Of a stretch of 64,000 bases of DNA, positions 54,201-63,504 are shown piece by piece. Location: the IMG/VR virus record IMGVR_UViG_2934563053_000002, positions 1-64,000 of that record; one strand, 5' to 3'. Positions within the stretch are counted from its first letter, which is position 1. The number at the start of each line of letters is the position of its first letter. Position numbers and translations under genes: made by a program. This DNA is from a virus (Duplodnaviria > Caudoviricetes). Below the pieces are notes generated by a model. That model saw only the letters and a list, made by a program, of their open reading frames with translations, did no database searches and was not told where the DNA came from.

Positions 54201-56531
54201 GCGTTCGAGCAGGCCATTGACGACGCCGCCAAGGCAGCGAAGAAGTCCGCGGGCGCCCTGTCGATGACGCACGGCGAACTGGACTTGAACTCGCAGAAGG
54301 CGCGCGACGGGGCGTCGGCGCTGCAAGACCTGGCCACCAAGACGGACGAAGCTGCGGGGGCAGCCCGCGAGTCCGGGGCGTCGTGGCAGAAGATCAGCGG
54401 CATCTACCAGCGGGGCCGGGCGGCGTTCATGCAGTCGGCGCAGGCCATGGGCCTCACGAAGAAGGAGGCCAGCCAGCTCGCCGACCAGATGCTGAAGATC
54501 CCCAGCAGCAAGACGATGAAGGTCCGGATGGAGACGGAGGACGCGGTCCGCGGACTGACGTCCGTGGTCAACGCGATCCGGAAGACCCCGGACCGGAAGT
54601 CGATCACGGTGAAGGCGCTGTCGGCGGGCGCGATTCTCGCGTTGCAGGATCTCGGCTTCAAGGTGAAGCGGCTGCCCAACGGCAGCTTCAAGGTGACGGC
54701 GAAGACCGGGGACGTGGGCAACAAGCTCGCCGCGGTGAAGAAACTGCGGGACGGGCTGCGGGACAAGACGATCACCCTGTCGGCGAAGGCGGTCAGCGCG
54801 CTCAAGGGCCTGGACTCCGTGATCGCGAAGATCAAGAAGACGCCCGGCAGCAAGACCATTACCGTCAAGTCCCTCACCGGGACCGCGATCAGCGCACTGG
54901 AAGCCGTCGGTTTCAAGGTGAAGCGACTGCCCGACGGCCGCATCTCCGTGACCGCCAGCACCGGTTCGGCCCGCGCGAACATCGCCGCAGTTCAGTCGGC
55001 CCGTGACCGGCTCTCGTCGAAGTCCATCACGATTACGACGAACCGTGTCACAAACATCATGACCAACTACATCACCCGCAAGCGCAGCGGCGGCACGTTC
55101 GCGCAGAACGGCTCCTACTGGCGCGCCTCGGGCGGTCTCGCTCCGGGCTTCGCGGATGGCGGTTCCACGAACACCATCGTCAGCGACATGCAGGTGTTCC
55201 CGGAAGGCGGCTTTGTCCGCGGCCCCGGCACCGGCCGGTCCGACAGCATCATGGCCATCTCGATGGCGGGCATGCCGTATCGGATCTCGAACACCGAGTA
55301 CGTGATCCGTGCCGACTCGGTGGACAAGTACGGCGTGCGCATGCTCGACGCCATCAACCAGGGCACGTTCGAGCTGCCGCGTTTCGCGTCCGGAGGGCAG
55401 GCCGCGAAGGACGCCCGCAGGCAGCTCACGTCGGACACGACGTTCACGTCGGCCGGGTCCATGGCCCGCTACAAGTACGTCGAGGTCGTCCACGATCTCG
55501 GGATGCCTGACTCGGTCGGGTCGATGGTCACCTCCATCAACACCTACCTGCGCAACATCAAGGCCGCGTTCAGCGGTAGCACCGAGTCGCGGCTGGTGAG
55601 CCAGCTCAACCGCGTCGGCCCTGCCCTGTTCAACTACCAGCGGCAGATCGAAGACGTGGACAAGCGCATGGAGGACGCCAAGAGCAGCCTGGAGAACCTG
55701 AAGGGCGAGTTCGACAACCTCCGCTCCTCGGTGAAGGGCAGCCTCGTCGCGTTCGGCAACATCACCAAGATCGGCAAGTGGGGCACCAGCCCGCAGACCC
55801 TCATCACCCAGTTGCAGCAGGACGCCGGGCGCACCGGCCAGTTCGCCAGCCAGCTCGACCAGCTACGGGCCATGGGCCTCGACCCGGCCATCCTCAAGGA
55901 CATCGCCGAGGCCGGGCTGACCGGCGGCGGCATGGCCACCGCCACGAGCCTGCTACGCGCCAGCCCCGAGCAGATCGCCGAGATCAACCGGTTGCAGAAG
56001 CAGCTCACCGACTCCGCCGACGCGGCCGGCCGCACCACCGCGGACGCCATGTACGGCGCCGGGATCCGCGCAGGCGAGGGCCTCGTCGCCGGGCTGGAGG
56101 CGCAGCACGACAACATCCGCACCGCCATGATGAACATCGCCAAGAGCATGGAGGACTCCATCAAGCGGGCGCTCGGGATCCGGTCCCCGGCCAAGCGGAT
56201 GGAGCCCATCGGTGACTACGCGGCGCAGGGTGTCGAGGTGGGTTGGGCGCGCCGTATGGGCCGCGGCCGGACGCTCATCTCGCGCGCCGAGCCGGCCCGG
56301 ATCAGCGCGCCCTCCAGCTCGGCGCTCCAGCCCGCACAGCCGGCGCCCGTACCCGCATCGGTGCCGGTGCCTGCGGGGGACTGCATCAAGGTCCAGAGCC
56401 TCACCGTCAACGTGTCCGGCACGTTCGACTTCGCCACACCGGCCGAGCGCCGTGCCGCAGCCAAGGCCCTGGTGCGGGACATGAACGACGAGCTGAGGGC
56501 CTACCAGCGGGAGAGGGCGGGGCGACGCTGA
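51294..56531 (+). CDS. Tape measure protein (1745 aa)
   Basis: Length, Ala-rich helical repeats, FADGG, GPGTGRSDSI, LGIRSPA. Confidence 0.93.
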   Translation: MSFLVADGHVEVTAKTGDAERDIRNLVTQMQGLGPAAQAASNGLKDLRNRAAAGGAALGAMGRQAKDAEKALIRLKASAGDIRVSATLADETRTGVTAVKAALRDLKAESPVRLSARMDDDTTSSITRVRAAIRDLKAESPVRLSARLEAESTASVATMRAAIRALKAESPIRLAARVETEGTASVTSLRAAIRDLKAQSPIRLSARLDTEGAARVAALRAAVRDLKAQSPIQLTARVDDSTGSSLARVLASVRSLKGESPIRLRTEVDSDTAGIAATRRALRDLRAASPVRIRATFDGDGAAIVSTARAVGSLRDRAEATSRALTALATRSAAAAAALHAVKEAAQEAGRALRTLRGRAQAAADAMGNLRTSSVAAAAALRAINTATRNANTRLGTLGDSTRTLRRDLDDLDGSLTRVGGSLNGLRGRLGSLSGSSGRVNRLSAALLSLATAAIPVAASLAPIVPLALSAGTAMGVLGVAAAGQIVHLAHASEAESKYQDAVKEHGRTSAEAAQASADYARVVEQMPAPTRQAAAAFSSLKDQYKSWSDALAGDTMPVFTRGLETLSGTLPKISPLARTASDGLQRLITIAAGGIESPGFDQLISKVDALAGTALRRATDGLLTFIRSAQTGSVGGGVSSFMDYARAHGPLAGETMRNLGQVLLKLLEAASDVGVGMLTVVNAFASLASSVPTGLISNLLQVYAAFKLIKLAAVGMTAVNAGVAAMVTQITAMRTAAAGAATRMAGLRAAMAAIPAGGQLALAAAAAAVLTVGVSKLISKMDEAPPSAERLSRSMIAFARSGKIGGEAARVFGKDLGGFGDAVARIAHPAVTERLKDVGHELVTLGFGTEHSLDKAQKATKSVDKALADLVSKGHSDIAATAFQRYAAAAEKGGTSTAKLRGMLPKYKEALANAKAEQELVAQSMGLFGAQALKTKSKLDAQKASADGLRQAIQALNDVNRAGLGGMIAFEQAIDDAAKAAKKSAGALSMTHGELDLNSQKARDGASALQDLATKTDEAAGAARESGASWQKISGIYQRGRAAFMQSAQAMGLTKKEASQLADQMLKIPSSKTMKVRMETEDAVRGLTSVVNAIRKTPDRKSITVKALSAGAILALQDLGFKVKRLPNGSFKVTAKTGDVGNKLAAVKKLRDGLRDKTITLSAKAVSALKGLDSVIAKIKKTPGSKTITVKSLTGTAISALEAVGFKVKRLPDGRISVTASTGSARANIAAVQSARDRLSSKSITITTNRVTNIMTNYITRKRSGGTFAQNGSYWRASGGLAPGFADGGSTNTIVSDMQVFPEGGFVRGPGTGRSDSIMAISMAGMPYRISNTEYVIRADSVDKYGVRMLDAINQGTFELPRFASGGQAAKDARRQLTSDTTFTSAGSMARYKYVEVVHDLGMPDSVGSMVTSINTYLRNIKAAFSGSTESRLVSQLNRVGPALFNYQRQIEDVDKRMEDAKSSLENLKGEFDNLRSSVKGSLVAFGNITKIGKWGTSPQTLITQLQQDAGRTGQFASQLDQLRAMGLDPAILKDIAEAGLTGGGMATATSLLRASPEQIAEINRLQKQLTDSADAAGRTTADAMYGAGIRAGEGLVAGLEAQHDNIRTAMMNIAKSMEDSIKRALGIRSPAKRMEPIGDYAAQGVEVGWARRMGRGRTLISRAEPARISAPSSSALQPAQPAPVPASVPVPAGDCIKVQSLTVNVSGTFDFATPAERRAAAKALVRDMNDELRAYQRERAGRR
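51595..52190 (+). repeat. About 7 x 90-bp (30-aa) tandem repeat in the tape measure N-terminus
   Basis: RDLKA(E/Q)SP(V/I)RL.AR units at 51601, 51691, 51781, 51871, 51961, 52051, 52141. Confidence 0.85.
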
Positions 56532-57733
56532 TGCCACAGGGAAACTACGGCGATCTCATGGTCGGCCGGCTGTTGTTGCGGGAGACGTTCAAGGCGGCCG
56601 AGTCGTCCGGCGAGACGTCCCGCGGGCTCGACATCGAGGGGCAGGAGTCCAGCCCGCCGCGCACCCGGGACGAGGTGGTGTGGCGGCACGACAACCTCCT
56701 CGCCCTGGACCGGGCCTGCGTCATGCCGATCACGTTCACGGACAAGCCGGAACGCAACTGCTACGCGCGGGTGTCGACGCTGTCCGCGGACTACACCGAG
56801 TGGAGCGGCGACGTCGTCACCTCCGACTGGCGCCTCGGCCTCGACCGGTTGGGCTCGGAGACGGAGTCGGACTTGCAGAGCAGGTTGACGGGCGTGGCTC
56901 GGGCCAATGATCACGGCCTGTCTGGGGAGCGGTGGCATGCTCCGCCGATCGGCCACTACGGCTACTACACCGGCACCTCCAACGCCACCGTCATGACGCG
57001 CACGGGCGCGGCCGGGGCGATGACCGTGTACCGCAGCATTCCGGCTGGGGCGTATCCGCGGTGGGGCTGCGCGCCTACGGACTACCTGGCGGGCCGGGCG
57101 CGGCTCACCTCGGGCGGGGTGGAGTTGTGCGGTACGGAGCAGCGGCTCCCGGCGACGGGCTGGGCGCTGTCGAACGACCTGGTCAACGTCACGGCGTCGG
57201 CGTCCGCGTCGCTGGATGTGCAGGCGTACACCGGCGGCGGCTGGCACTCCAAGGAGTGGAACGTCTCAGTCGCGGGCTCCGCATCGTCCATCGCCGGGTG
57301 GGATGGGGCGACGCTCCTGCGGAACGACCCCGAGCACGTCGTGCTGCGTCTCTTCCACAGCCTCGGGCCTGGCCGGGCGACCCTCGACCTCGCACTCCGC
57401 CGGGGCTCCCGCTTCGTGGAGTGCTACCTCCAGACCAGCACGAGCTCCACCCTCGCCGTGTACCGAGCGGGCGCAGAGGCAGGCACGGCCGGCACCGGGT
57501 ATGTGGCCGCGACCGCGGACGACGCCGACGGCAACCGGTACGTGGTGGGTTCGGCCCGCTCACTCACGGCCCACGCCAGTGGCGGCATCCAGAAGGCTGC
57601 GGTCACCGCGCTCGACTTCTGGCTGGGCGTGGCCGCGGGCGGCGGCAGCGCGGTGTCCGGCGACGCGCCTGAGGACCTGCGCGACCAGTACATCGGCGCC
57701 CTGCCGGAGTCCACCTACTGCGTGAGGCGATGA
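56531..57733 (+). CDS. Minor tail protein (distal tail-like)
   Basis: Directly after the tape measure gene; beta-rich. Confidence 0.7.
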   Translation: MPQGNYGDLMVGRLLLRETFKAAESSGETSRGLDIEGQESSPPRTRDEVVWRHDNLLALDRACVMPITFTDKPERNCYARVSTLSADYTEWSGDVVTSDWRLGLDRLGSETESDLQSRLTGVARANDHGLSGERWHAPPIGHYGYYTGTSNATVMTRTGAAGAMTVYRSIPAGAYPRWGCAPTDYLAGRARLTSGGVELCGTEQRLPATGWALSNDLVNVTASASASLDVQAYTGGGWHSKEWNVSVAGSASSIAGWDGATLLRNDPEHVVLRLFHSLGPGRATLDLALRRGSRFVECYLQTSTSSTLAVYRAGAEAGTAGTGYVAATADDADGNRYVVGSARSLTAHASGGIQKAAVTALDFWLGVAAGGGSAVSGDAPEDLRDQYIGALPESTYCVRR

Positions 57734-57734
57734 C

Positions 57735-60647
57735 GTGGCCATCACCGAGGTATTCGAGTCCTACGGAAGCTGGGATCTGCGGCTCAAGCCGACAGCTCCG
57801 CCGGAGCTGTGGGACCGCGTCCAGTACTTCGGGCACATTGCCGTCGTCCCGGGCCGCGTCGATCCCGTCCAGTACGGTGACAGCCTCCTCAACGCTGCCG
57901 CCTACGTCGGCGTCATCCGCCGCCGGGAGACCACCGGCGACGACCGCCGCACCAAGGTCGTCGAACAGGGCTACACCATCGGTGGCGTCGGCATGGAGGT
58001 GTGGCTCGGCGACGAAGACGACAAGGGCTCCGTCTTCGAGACGCCCGTGGACCTGGCCGACGCAACGTTCTCCGACGCGGTCCGGGCGCTGCTGCCCGCG
58101 TCCGGCGCGGTCACCGAGGGCACTCTGTACTCGGTGCCGGGCGACCCCGGCTACGGCGGCCGGCACCACTACGAGACGCCCCGCACGGCCATCTCCTATG
58201 TGTGCGACACCGTCGGCTCCGCGGCCGGGGTGCGGGTGTCGCACCGCGTCAACGGGAACGGCACCCTGGATGCGGGCCCGGAGGCGGACCTGTACGTCAC
58301 GGATCCGCGGTGTGTGATCTCGCGTATCCCCGCGGGTGTGGATGCCGGGGTGGAGTCGATCCCGGGCGGGTTCGCGGTGGCGCGGGACTCGGAGGACTAC
58401 AGCACGCGGGTGGTGCTCCTCGCCGAGGGGGAGGGCGAGTCGATCGCGACGGCCAGCGCCGACCTGGATCCCGGGGAGATCCCGTACAAAGACATCCACG
58501 GGAACGCGCTGGCGATGACTCGCATGGTGTCGGAGTCGGACACCACGGTGGCCAACGCAGATGCGCGGGCCGAGCTGGCGTTGGGGCAGTACACGACGAC
58601 GCAGAACGAGCTGAAGGTCGAGACCGACAACTACTACATCGAGGGCAGCTTCAACCCGGGTGACTACGTGTGGGCCTACGACCCGGACTCCGGCATCGTC
58701 GACACGTCGAACGAGCTGATCTTCCGCGGCGAGCGCATCAACCCCATGCGGTTGCAGGTGACGGAGAAGCAGTGGCCCGTGACCGCGGACTACACGGTCG
58801 CCTACCGGGCGCCGGACGGCTCCTGGTGGGACCTGACGGACCACATGGAGTGGGACGGCTCGGAGACGGTCTACGCCACGATTGGTGACTTCGCCCGCTC
58901 GCTGACGGGTGCGGGCACGGAGCCGGTGGGGACGCGGCCCTCGTCGGACACCAGCACCCCCGCCGCGCCGCAGTTGGTCGAGCCGTTCGTGGGCTCGGCC
59001 TACCTCGACGCCCGTGGCTTCACGCGGGCTCGGGTCATCCTCGCCTGGCAGGCACCCAACAACGAAGACGGCAGCACGGTCCTGGACGGGGATCACTTCG
59101 AGATCCGGTGGGCCATCGACACCGACATGATCTACCCGGCCACCTGGACGCAGGTCTCCCAGGTCCGGTGGATGGATCTCCAGATCTGGGCGCAGCCGTT
59201 CGCCGCGCCGGACGACGACTGGCAGACCATGTACGTCGCATGGGGCGAGTCCACCGCGCAGCTTCAGGACCTGTCCCCGGGCGTCGGCTACGACGTGCAG
59301 ATCCGCGCGGTCGACAAGGCGGGCAACATCGGCGCGTGGAGCCCGGTCACCACGTTCGTCGCGTCCGAGGACAACGTGCCGCCGTCGACGCCGGCGCCGC
59401 CGCAGGTGGCCGCGTCCCGGATCGCCGTGCAGGTGACGCACGAACTGGGCAAGTCGTCGGGCGGCACGTTCAACCTGGAGCGGGACCTCCACCACCTGGA
59501 GGTCCACGTCTCCTACGAGCCCGGCTTCACGCCGGACGAGACGACGCTGCTGACGAAGGTCTCCGCTACCGCGGGGATGCTCCAGGGCCAGGTGCCGGTC
59601 GTCGTGACCGTGCAGGTGGAGGAGACGTCCGAGCGGTACGTGCGGGTCATCGCCGTGGACGAGACCGGCAACAAGAGTGGCCCGTCGGACGCCGCCTCGG
59701 CGACGGCTCTGCTGATCGACGATGCGCACATCTCCGACCTCACCGTCTCCAAGGTCACCGCGGGCACCATCACCGCGAGCTGGGTCCTCGCCGGGGAGAT
59801 CAAGACCGCCGACAGCGGCGCCCGCGCCCGCATGTCGATGGACGGCTACGAGCTGTACAACGCAGGCGGCACACGCACGTTCTTCGCGGAGGCGGAGACC
59901 GGCAACGTCGAGATCATCGGACAGCTCGCGTCCGGCACGACCGGGCAGCGCATGGTCATCAACCCCATGGGCATCGCCGACCCGCAGATCCGCTTCTACC
60001 CGGTGACCGGCACCGAGTACGGGTTGATCCGCTCCTACAACAGCCTGGACGTGCCCGGCGACCCGAGCGTCATGATGCGCTCCGGCGCGGCCGACGACGG
60101 CACCTACGGCCTCTCGGTCTGCGCCTCCGACCGGGCGTTCATCGGGCAGCACACCTACAACGTGTTCACCCAGCTGTGGGATCCGCAGGGCGGCTCCCTC
60201 TTCACCAACGCGGATTCCGCGCGGCTCTCCTATTACGACACGCTGGGCACGGACGATTACGGCGGGGCCGTCTACCTCGATGCACAGCAGGCCACCATCG
60301 GTGTGCGGCAGGCTGATTTCGAGGAGGCGTTCATCGCGATCGACAACGTCTACGGCAGCATCACTGCGGTGGGTGAGATCGAGACCCGCGTCGACCCGCA
60401 GACGGCGCTGATCGTCGGCAACATGACTGTGTCCGGCGGCCCCTACACCAGCTTCATTCGCACCTACGGGCCGACGTATACGGGCATACCGCGGGTGATC
60501 CCTTACGTGTGGGACGGTGACGCGTCCGGGTCGACGATCCGTCCCCACATGCTCACCGCGAACAGCAGCACTGGCTTCACGGGAACGTTCAGCGGCAACA
60601 GCACCAGCAGCTTCACCTGCTACTGGTGGGCCTGGAGGATCAACTGA
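57735..60647 (+). CDS. Minor tail / tail tip protein with FnIII-like domains
   Basis: LSPGVGYDVQIRAVDKAGN.GAWS; VRVIAVDETGNKS; ISDLTVSKVTAGTI. Confidence 0.85.
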   Translation: MAITEVFESYGSWDLRLKPTAPPELWDRVQYFGHIAVVPGRVDPVQYGDSLLNAAAYVGVIRRRETTGDDRRTKVVEQGYTIGGVGMEVWLGDEDDKGSVFETPVDLADATFSDAVRALLPASGAVTEGTLYSVPGDPGYGGRHHYETPRTAISYVCDTVGSAAGVRVSHRVNGNGTLDAGPEADLYVTDPRCVISRIPAGVDAGVESIPGGFAVARDSEDYSTRVVLLAEGEGESIATASADLDPGEIPYKDIHGNALAMTRMVSESDTTVANADARAELALGQYTTTQNELKVETDNYYIEGSFNPGDYVWAYDPDSGIVDTSNELIFRGERINPMRLQVTEKQWPVTADYTVAYRAPDGSWWDLTDHMEWDGSETVYATIGDFARSLTGAGTEPVGTRPSSDTSTPAAPQLVEPFVGSAYLDARGFTRARVILAWQAPNNEDGSTVLDGDHFEIRWAIDTDMIYPATWTQVSQVRWMDLQIWAQPFAAPDDDWQTMYVAWGESTAQLQDLSPGVGYDVQIRAVDKAGNIGAWSPVTTFVASEDNVPPSTPAPPQVAASRIAVQVTHELGKSSGGTFNLERDLHHLEVHVSYEPGFTPDETTLLTKVSATAGMLQGQVPVVVTVQVEETSERYVRVIAVDETGNKSGPSDAASATALLIDDAHISDLTVSKVTAGTITASWVLAGEIKTADSGARARMSMDGYELYNAGGTRTFFAEAETGNVEIIGQLASGTTGQRMVINPMGIADPQIRFYPVTGTEYGLIRSYNSLDVPGDPSVMMRSGAADDGTYGLSVCASDRAFIGQHTYNVFTQLWDPQGGSLFTNADSARLSYYDTLGTDDYGGAVYLDAQQATIGVRQADFEEAFIAIDNVYGSITAVGEIETRVDPQTALIVGNMTVSGGPYTSFIRTYGPTYTGIPRVIPYVWDGDASGSTIRPHMLTANSSTGFTGTFSGNSTSSFTCYWWAWRIN

Positions 60648-61291
60648 TGGCAAGCGAGATCGCCGAGGACTGGACCATCACGGAGTCCGGGACGAAGGAG
60701 ACCACGCACGGCACCGAGGTCTACCTCGTCAAGGAGGACAGCCTGGGTGAGAGGCAGTACCACAGCTTTCCGATGGAGACTCTGGAGTGGCGCGCCGCCG
60801 AGTACGGCATCGACCCGACGGACTTCGACACGCTGATCGACGTCATCGCCCACGAGCCCTACCTGGATGACCCGTCCGACCCGGCGGCCGTCCTCGCTGA
60901 CCCGGCCACGGCCCGTGGCTTTGTGTCCCCGGCGGTCGAGCCCCGGGCCGGGATCGCTCCGCTGGAGCTGGTGCCCACCACGCTGCTGAACGCGGAATCT
61001 GTCGAGCTTGCCCGCGGCGCGCACCTGGAGCGCATCGCCCACGTCAAGCAGACGCGGGCCCGCGTCACCCGCGGCAAGGCCAAGGCCAAGGGGAAGACCG
61101 CCGATCCGTGTGCCCCGGTGGCGGCGGCGTGGGCCGAGTTCATGGACCGTGGCGAGATCGACGCCAAGCGGGCCATCGTCGACCGCACCCGCCGCAAGGC
61201 CGCGGCCTCGGCGCGCCGCCGGGCAGACCGCGGCGAGACCGGACTCCCCAAGCGCGCCCGCACACCCCGGACACCCATGGAGACGCCGTGA
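60647..61291 (+). CDS. Conserved phage tail-region protein
   Basis: FP.ETLEWRAAEYGIDP.D.DTL.DVI.HEP. Confidence 0.65.
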   Translation: MASEIAEDWTITESGTKETTHGTEVYLVKEDSLGERQYHSFPMETLEWRAAEYGIDPTDFDTLIDVIAHEPYLDDPSDPAAVLADPATARGFVSPAVEPRAGIAPLELVPTTLLNAESVELARGAHLERIAHVKQTRARVTRGKAKAKGKTADPCAPVAAAWAEFMDRGEIDAKRAIVDRTRRKAAASARRRADRGETGLPKRARTPRTPMETP

Positions 61292-62283
61292 GCACCACCA
61301 CCAGCAGACTCGCCCTGCACAAGCCCGAAGACGACGGGTCGGAGTACGTCAACGTCCAGACCGACCTCAACCAAAACCTGGACAAGATCGACGCCGCGGT
61401 CGGGTTCGGCGTCGTCACCTCCACCACCCGGCCGTCCTCGCCCTACCCGGGCAAACCGATCCTGGAGTCGGACACCGGCCGCGCCTACATCCACAATGGC
61501 ACCGTCCCGGCGTCCGCCGGCTGGGTCGAGATCCCCACCAGCGACGGCGAGTACGACAGCGACCTCACGCTCGCCCCGGGCCGCAGCATCGCCCTCGGCG
61601 ACAACAGCGCGACCGCGATGGTGGCGGTCGCGACCCCGGGCGCCAACGACGACGTGCTCAACCTCCAGGTCGAGGGCGACACACAGCCGCGACTCCTGAT
61701 GGAGACATCGGGGGCGATGGCCTGGGGCCCCGGCGGATCCACGAACGTGGACGTCGCCCTCTACCGCACTTCCGCTGCGACGCTCACCCTGTCGGGCAAC
61801 CTGCTCGTCACCGGCATCGGGCAGCGGTTGTTCGCCACCAAGACGGTGTCGCAGTTCCTGGCGTCGTCCACCACGCTCCAGAACGACGACCACCTGTCCC
61901 TCGCGGTGTCCGCGAACTCGACCTACACCTTCGACGTGCTGCTGTTCTCCTCGTCCGACGCGAACAGCGCAGGCGACCTGAAGGTGGGCTTCAGCTTCCC
62001 CAGCGGCGCGGAGTGTCACTTCGCCGGGTCCGGGCCCGTCACATCCCTGTCGTCCGGCACGTCGTCGTCGGCGGAGATGCAGGCCCGCCGAGAGGCCACC
62101 TCGGGCAGCTCGTCCATCAGCTACGGCGTGTCGACGACCAGCGTCGGTATCCGCCTGTCCGGGGTCCTCACCACGGCGGGTACCGGGGGCACGCTGCGGC
62201 TGATGTGGGCGCAGGACTCCAGCAGCTCGAACGTGACGTGGGTGTCGCTGGGGTCGTACATGGTGGCTACCCGCGTGGCTTAG
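61288..62283 (+). CDS. Tail fibre / receptor-binding-like minor tail protein
   Basis: TT.RL.L.KP...V..DLNQNLDKIDAAVG; C-terminal GTLRLMWAQ. Confidence 0.75.
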   Translation: MSTTTSRLALHKPEDDGSEYVNVQTDLNQNLDKIDAAVGFGVVTSTTRPSSPYPGKPILESDTGRAYIHNGTVPASAGWVEIPTSDGEYDSDLTLAPGRSIALGDNSATAMVAVATPGANDDVLNLQVEGDTQPRLLMETSGAMAWGPGGSTNVDVALYRTSAATLTLSGNLLVTGIGQRLFATKTVSQFLASSTTLQNDDHLSLAVSANSTYTFDVLLFSSSDANSAGDLKVGFSFPSGAECHFAGSGPVTSLSSGTSSSAEMQARREATSGSSSISYGVSTTSVGIRLSGVLTTAGTGGTLRLMWAQDSSSSNVTWVSLGSYMVATRVA

Positions 62284-62462
62284 TCGTCGGTGGTCGCCCT
62301 GCCGCCGAAGGTGCCCGGCGGCGGGCTCGGCTGCTCGCGGGCTGCCGCCACCTCCGCCTCCAGCTCGACGATCCGCGCTTCGAGGATCACCTTCTCCCAG
62401 GCGAGCCGGCCGACGGCGGCCTGCGCGGCGTCGAGGGCTTTCTCCATGCTGATCTGCGCCAT
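62280..62462 (-). CDS. Small coiled-coil protein
   Basis: Coupled to upstream GT; LEARIVELEAEV. Confidence 0.55.
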   Translation of the reverse strand: MAQISMEKALDAAQAAVGRLAWEKVILEARIVELEAEVAAAREQPSPPPGTFGGRATTDD

Positions 62463-63316
62463 CACGCCACCGCCTTGGTCGCGAGGTCCCGGTACCGGTC
62501 CAGCAGCCCGGAGTCCTGGAGGAACGGCCGCTGTGGGAAGAAGCTCCAGTGCGACACGAGGGCGTTGCCCGCGAGGATGTTGGGCTGCCCGGTGACCCGG
62601 GGCCAATGCACGGTGTGGAAGTGCTCCTCCTCATCCGGCACGAGGACGCCCGGCGTATCGAGCGCAGCGTAATCCGCGCCGGCTGAGGCGAAGCAACTCA
62701 CCGAGAACTGGTCGCCGAGCTTGATGGGAAAGTCCTGGTACATGTACAGGCTCTCGACGGTGCCTGCCGCGATGTGCTCCAGCAGCAGGGTGTGGAGCTT
62801 CACGGCGAATGGCCCGTTCGCCCAGCCGACTGGGTCCATGCAGTAGGGCGACACCTCGCCCCATTCGCGGGGCACGATCCCACACTGTTGGAGATACCAG
62901 GAGACGAGGGCGTTGTTCCAGATGATCGGGAAGATGGCTTTCGAGTCGCCCATCTCGATCTTCTTGCGGACCAGAGTCTCGACCGTTCCGTCGTGCACGT
63001 ACACCACGTCGTCATCGAACCGCACGTACACCGTGTCCGGGTCGACGAAGCTGCGGTAGGCGTAGCCGGTGGAGCGCTGCTTCGGCCCGGGGTGCCGCTG
63101 CGGGCGTTCCAGGATGCGGATCCAGTCGTGCTCGGCGGCAAGCTGCTCGCCGTACATGCGGTCCGCGGCCTGCTTGTCCTCGTCGAGGTTCATGTAGAGG
63201 ATCCACTCGTCGACGACGCCGGCGTCGTGGTCGCGGGCCATGTACCGGGCGAGGATGCTCACGGTGGCTTCTCGGCCGAACGGAGTCCAGGCCACCACCC
63301 TCTTGTCGTCGATCAC
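62462..63316 (-). CDS. GT-A fold glycosyltransferase
   Basis: WTPFGR, YVRFDDDVVYV (DxD), VSHWSF..Q. Confidence 0.75.
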   Translation of the reverse strand: MIDDKRVVAWTPFGREATVSILARYMARDHDAGVVDEWILYMNLDEDKQAADRMYGEQLAAEHDWIRILERPQRHPGPKQRSTGYAYRSFVDPDTVYVRFDDDVVYVHDGTVETLVRKKIEMGDSKAIFPIIWNNALVSWYLQQCGIVPREWGEVSPYCMDPVGWANGPFAVKLHTLLLEHIAAGTVESLYMYQDFPIKLGDQFSVSCFASAGADYAALDTPGVLVPDEEEHFHTVHWPRVTGQPNILAGNALVSHWSFFPQRPFLQDSGLLDRYRDLATKAVA

Positions 63317-63504
63317 GCTGCGGTCCTCTCTTCTGCAATCCACCACCACGCGGTGGGTTCGATGATCGGTTCGTCATCGGCCTGGTCGAACCACGAGTCG
63401 AGACAGACCTGGCACACCACGACCGTGTTTCCTGCCGCGGTGCGGATGAGGGCCACGGGCTCGGTGCAGGACGCAAGTGCACAGTGGCAGGTGCTCACGT
63501 TCAC
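63313..63504 (-). CDS. 63-aa Cys-containing hypothetical protein
   Basis: GTGA coupled at both ends; flanked by 19-bp direct repeats. Confidence 0.5.
   Translation of the reverse strand: MNVSTCHCALASCTEPVALIRTAAGNTVVVCQVCLDSWFDQADDEPIIEPTAWWWIAEERTAA

Noticed and set aside
51981-55493. 1170-aa minus-strand ORF, and similar long antisense ORFs such as 57603-60653 and 43531-45387
   Set aside because: Shadow frames of GC3-biased real genes; no motifs
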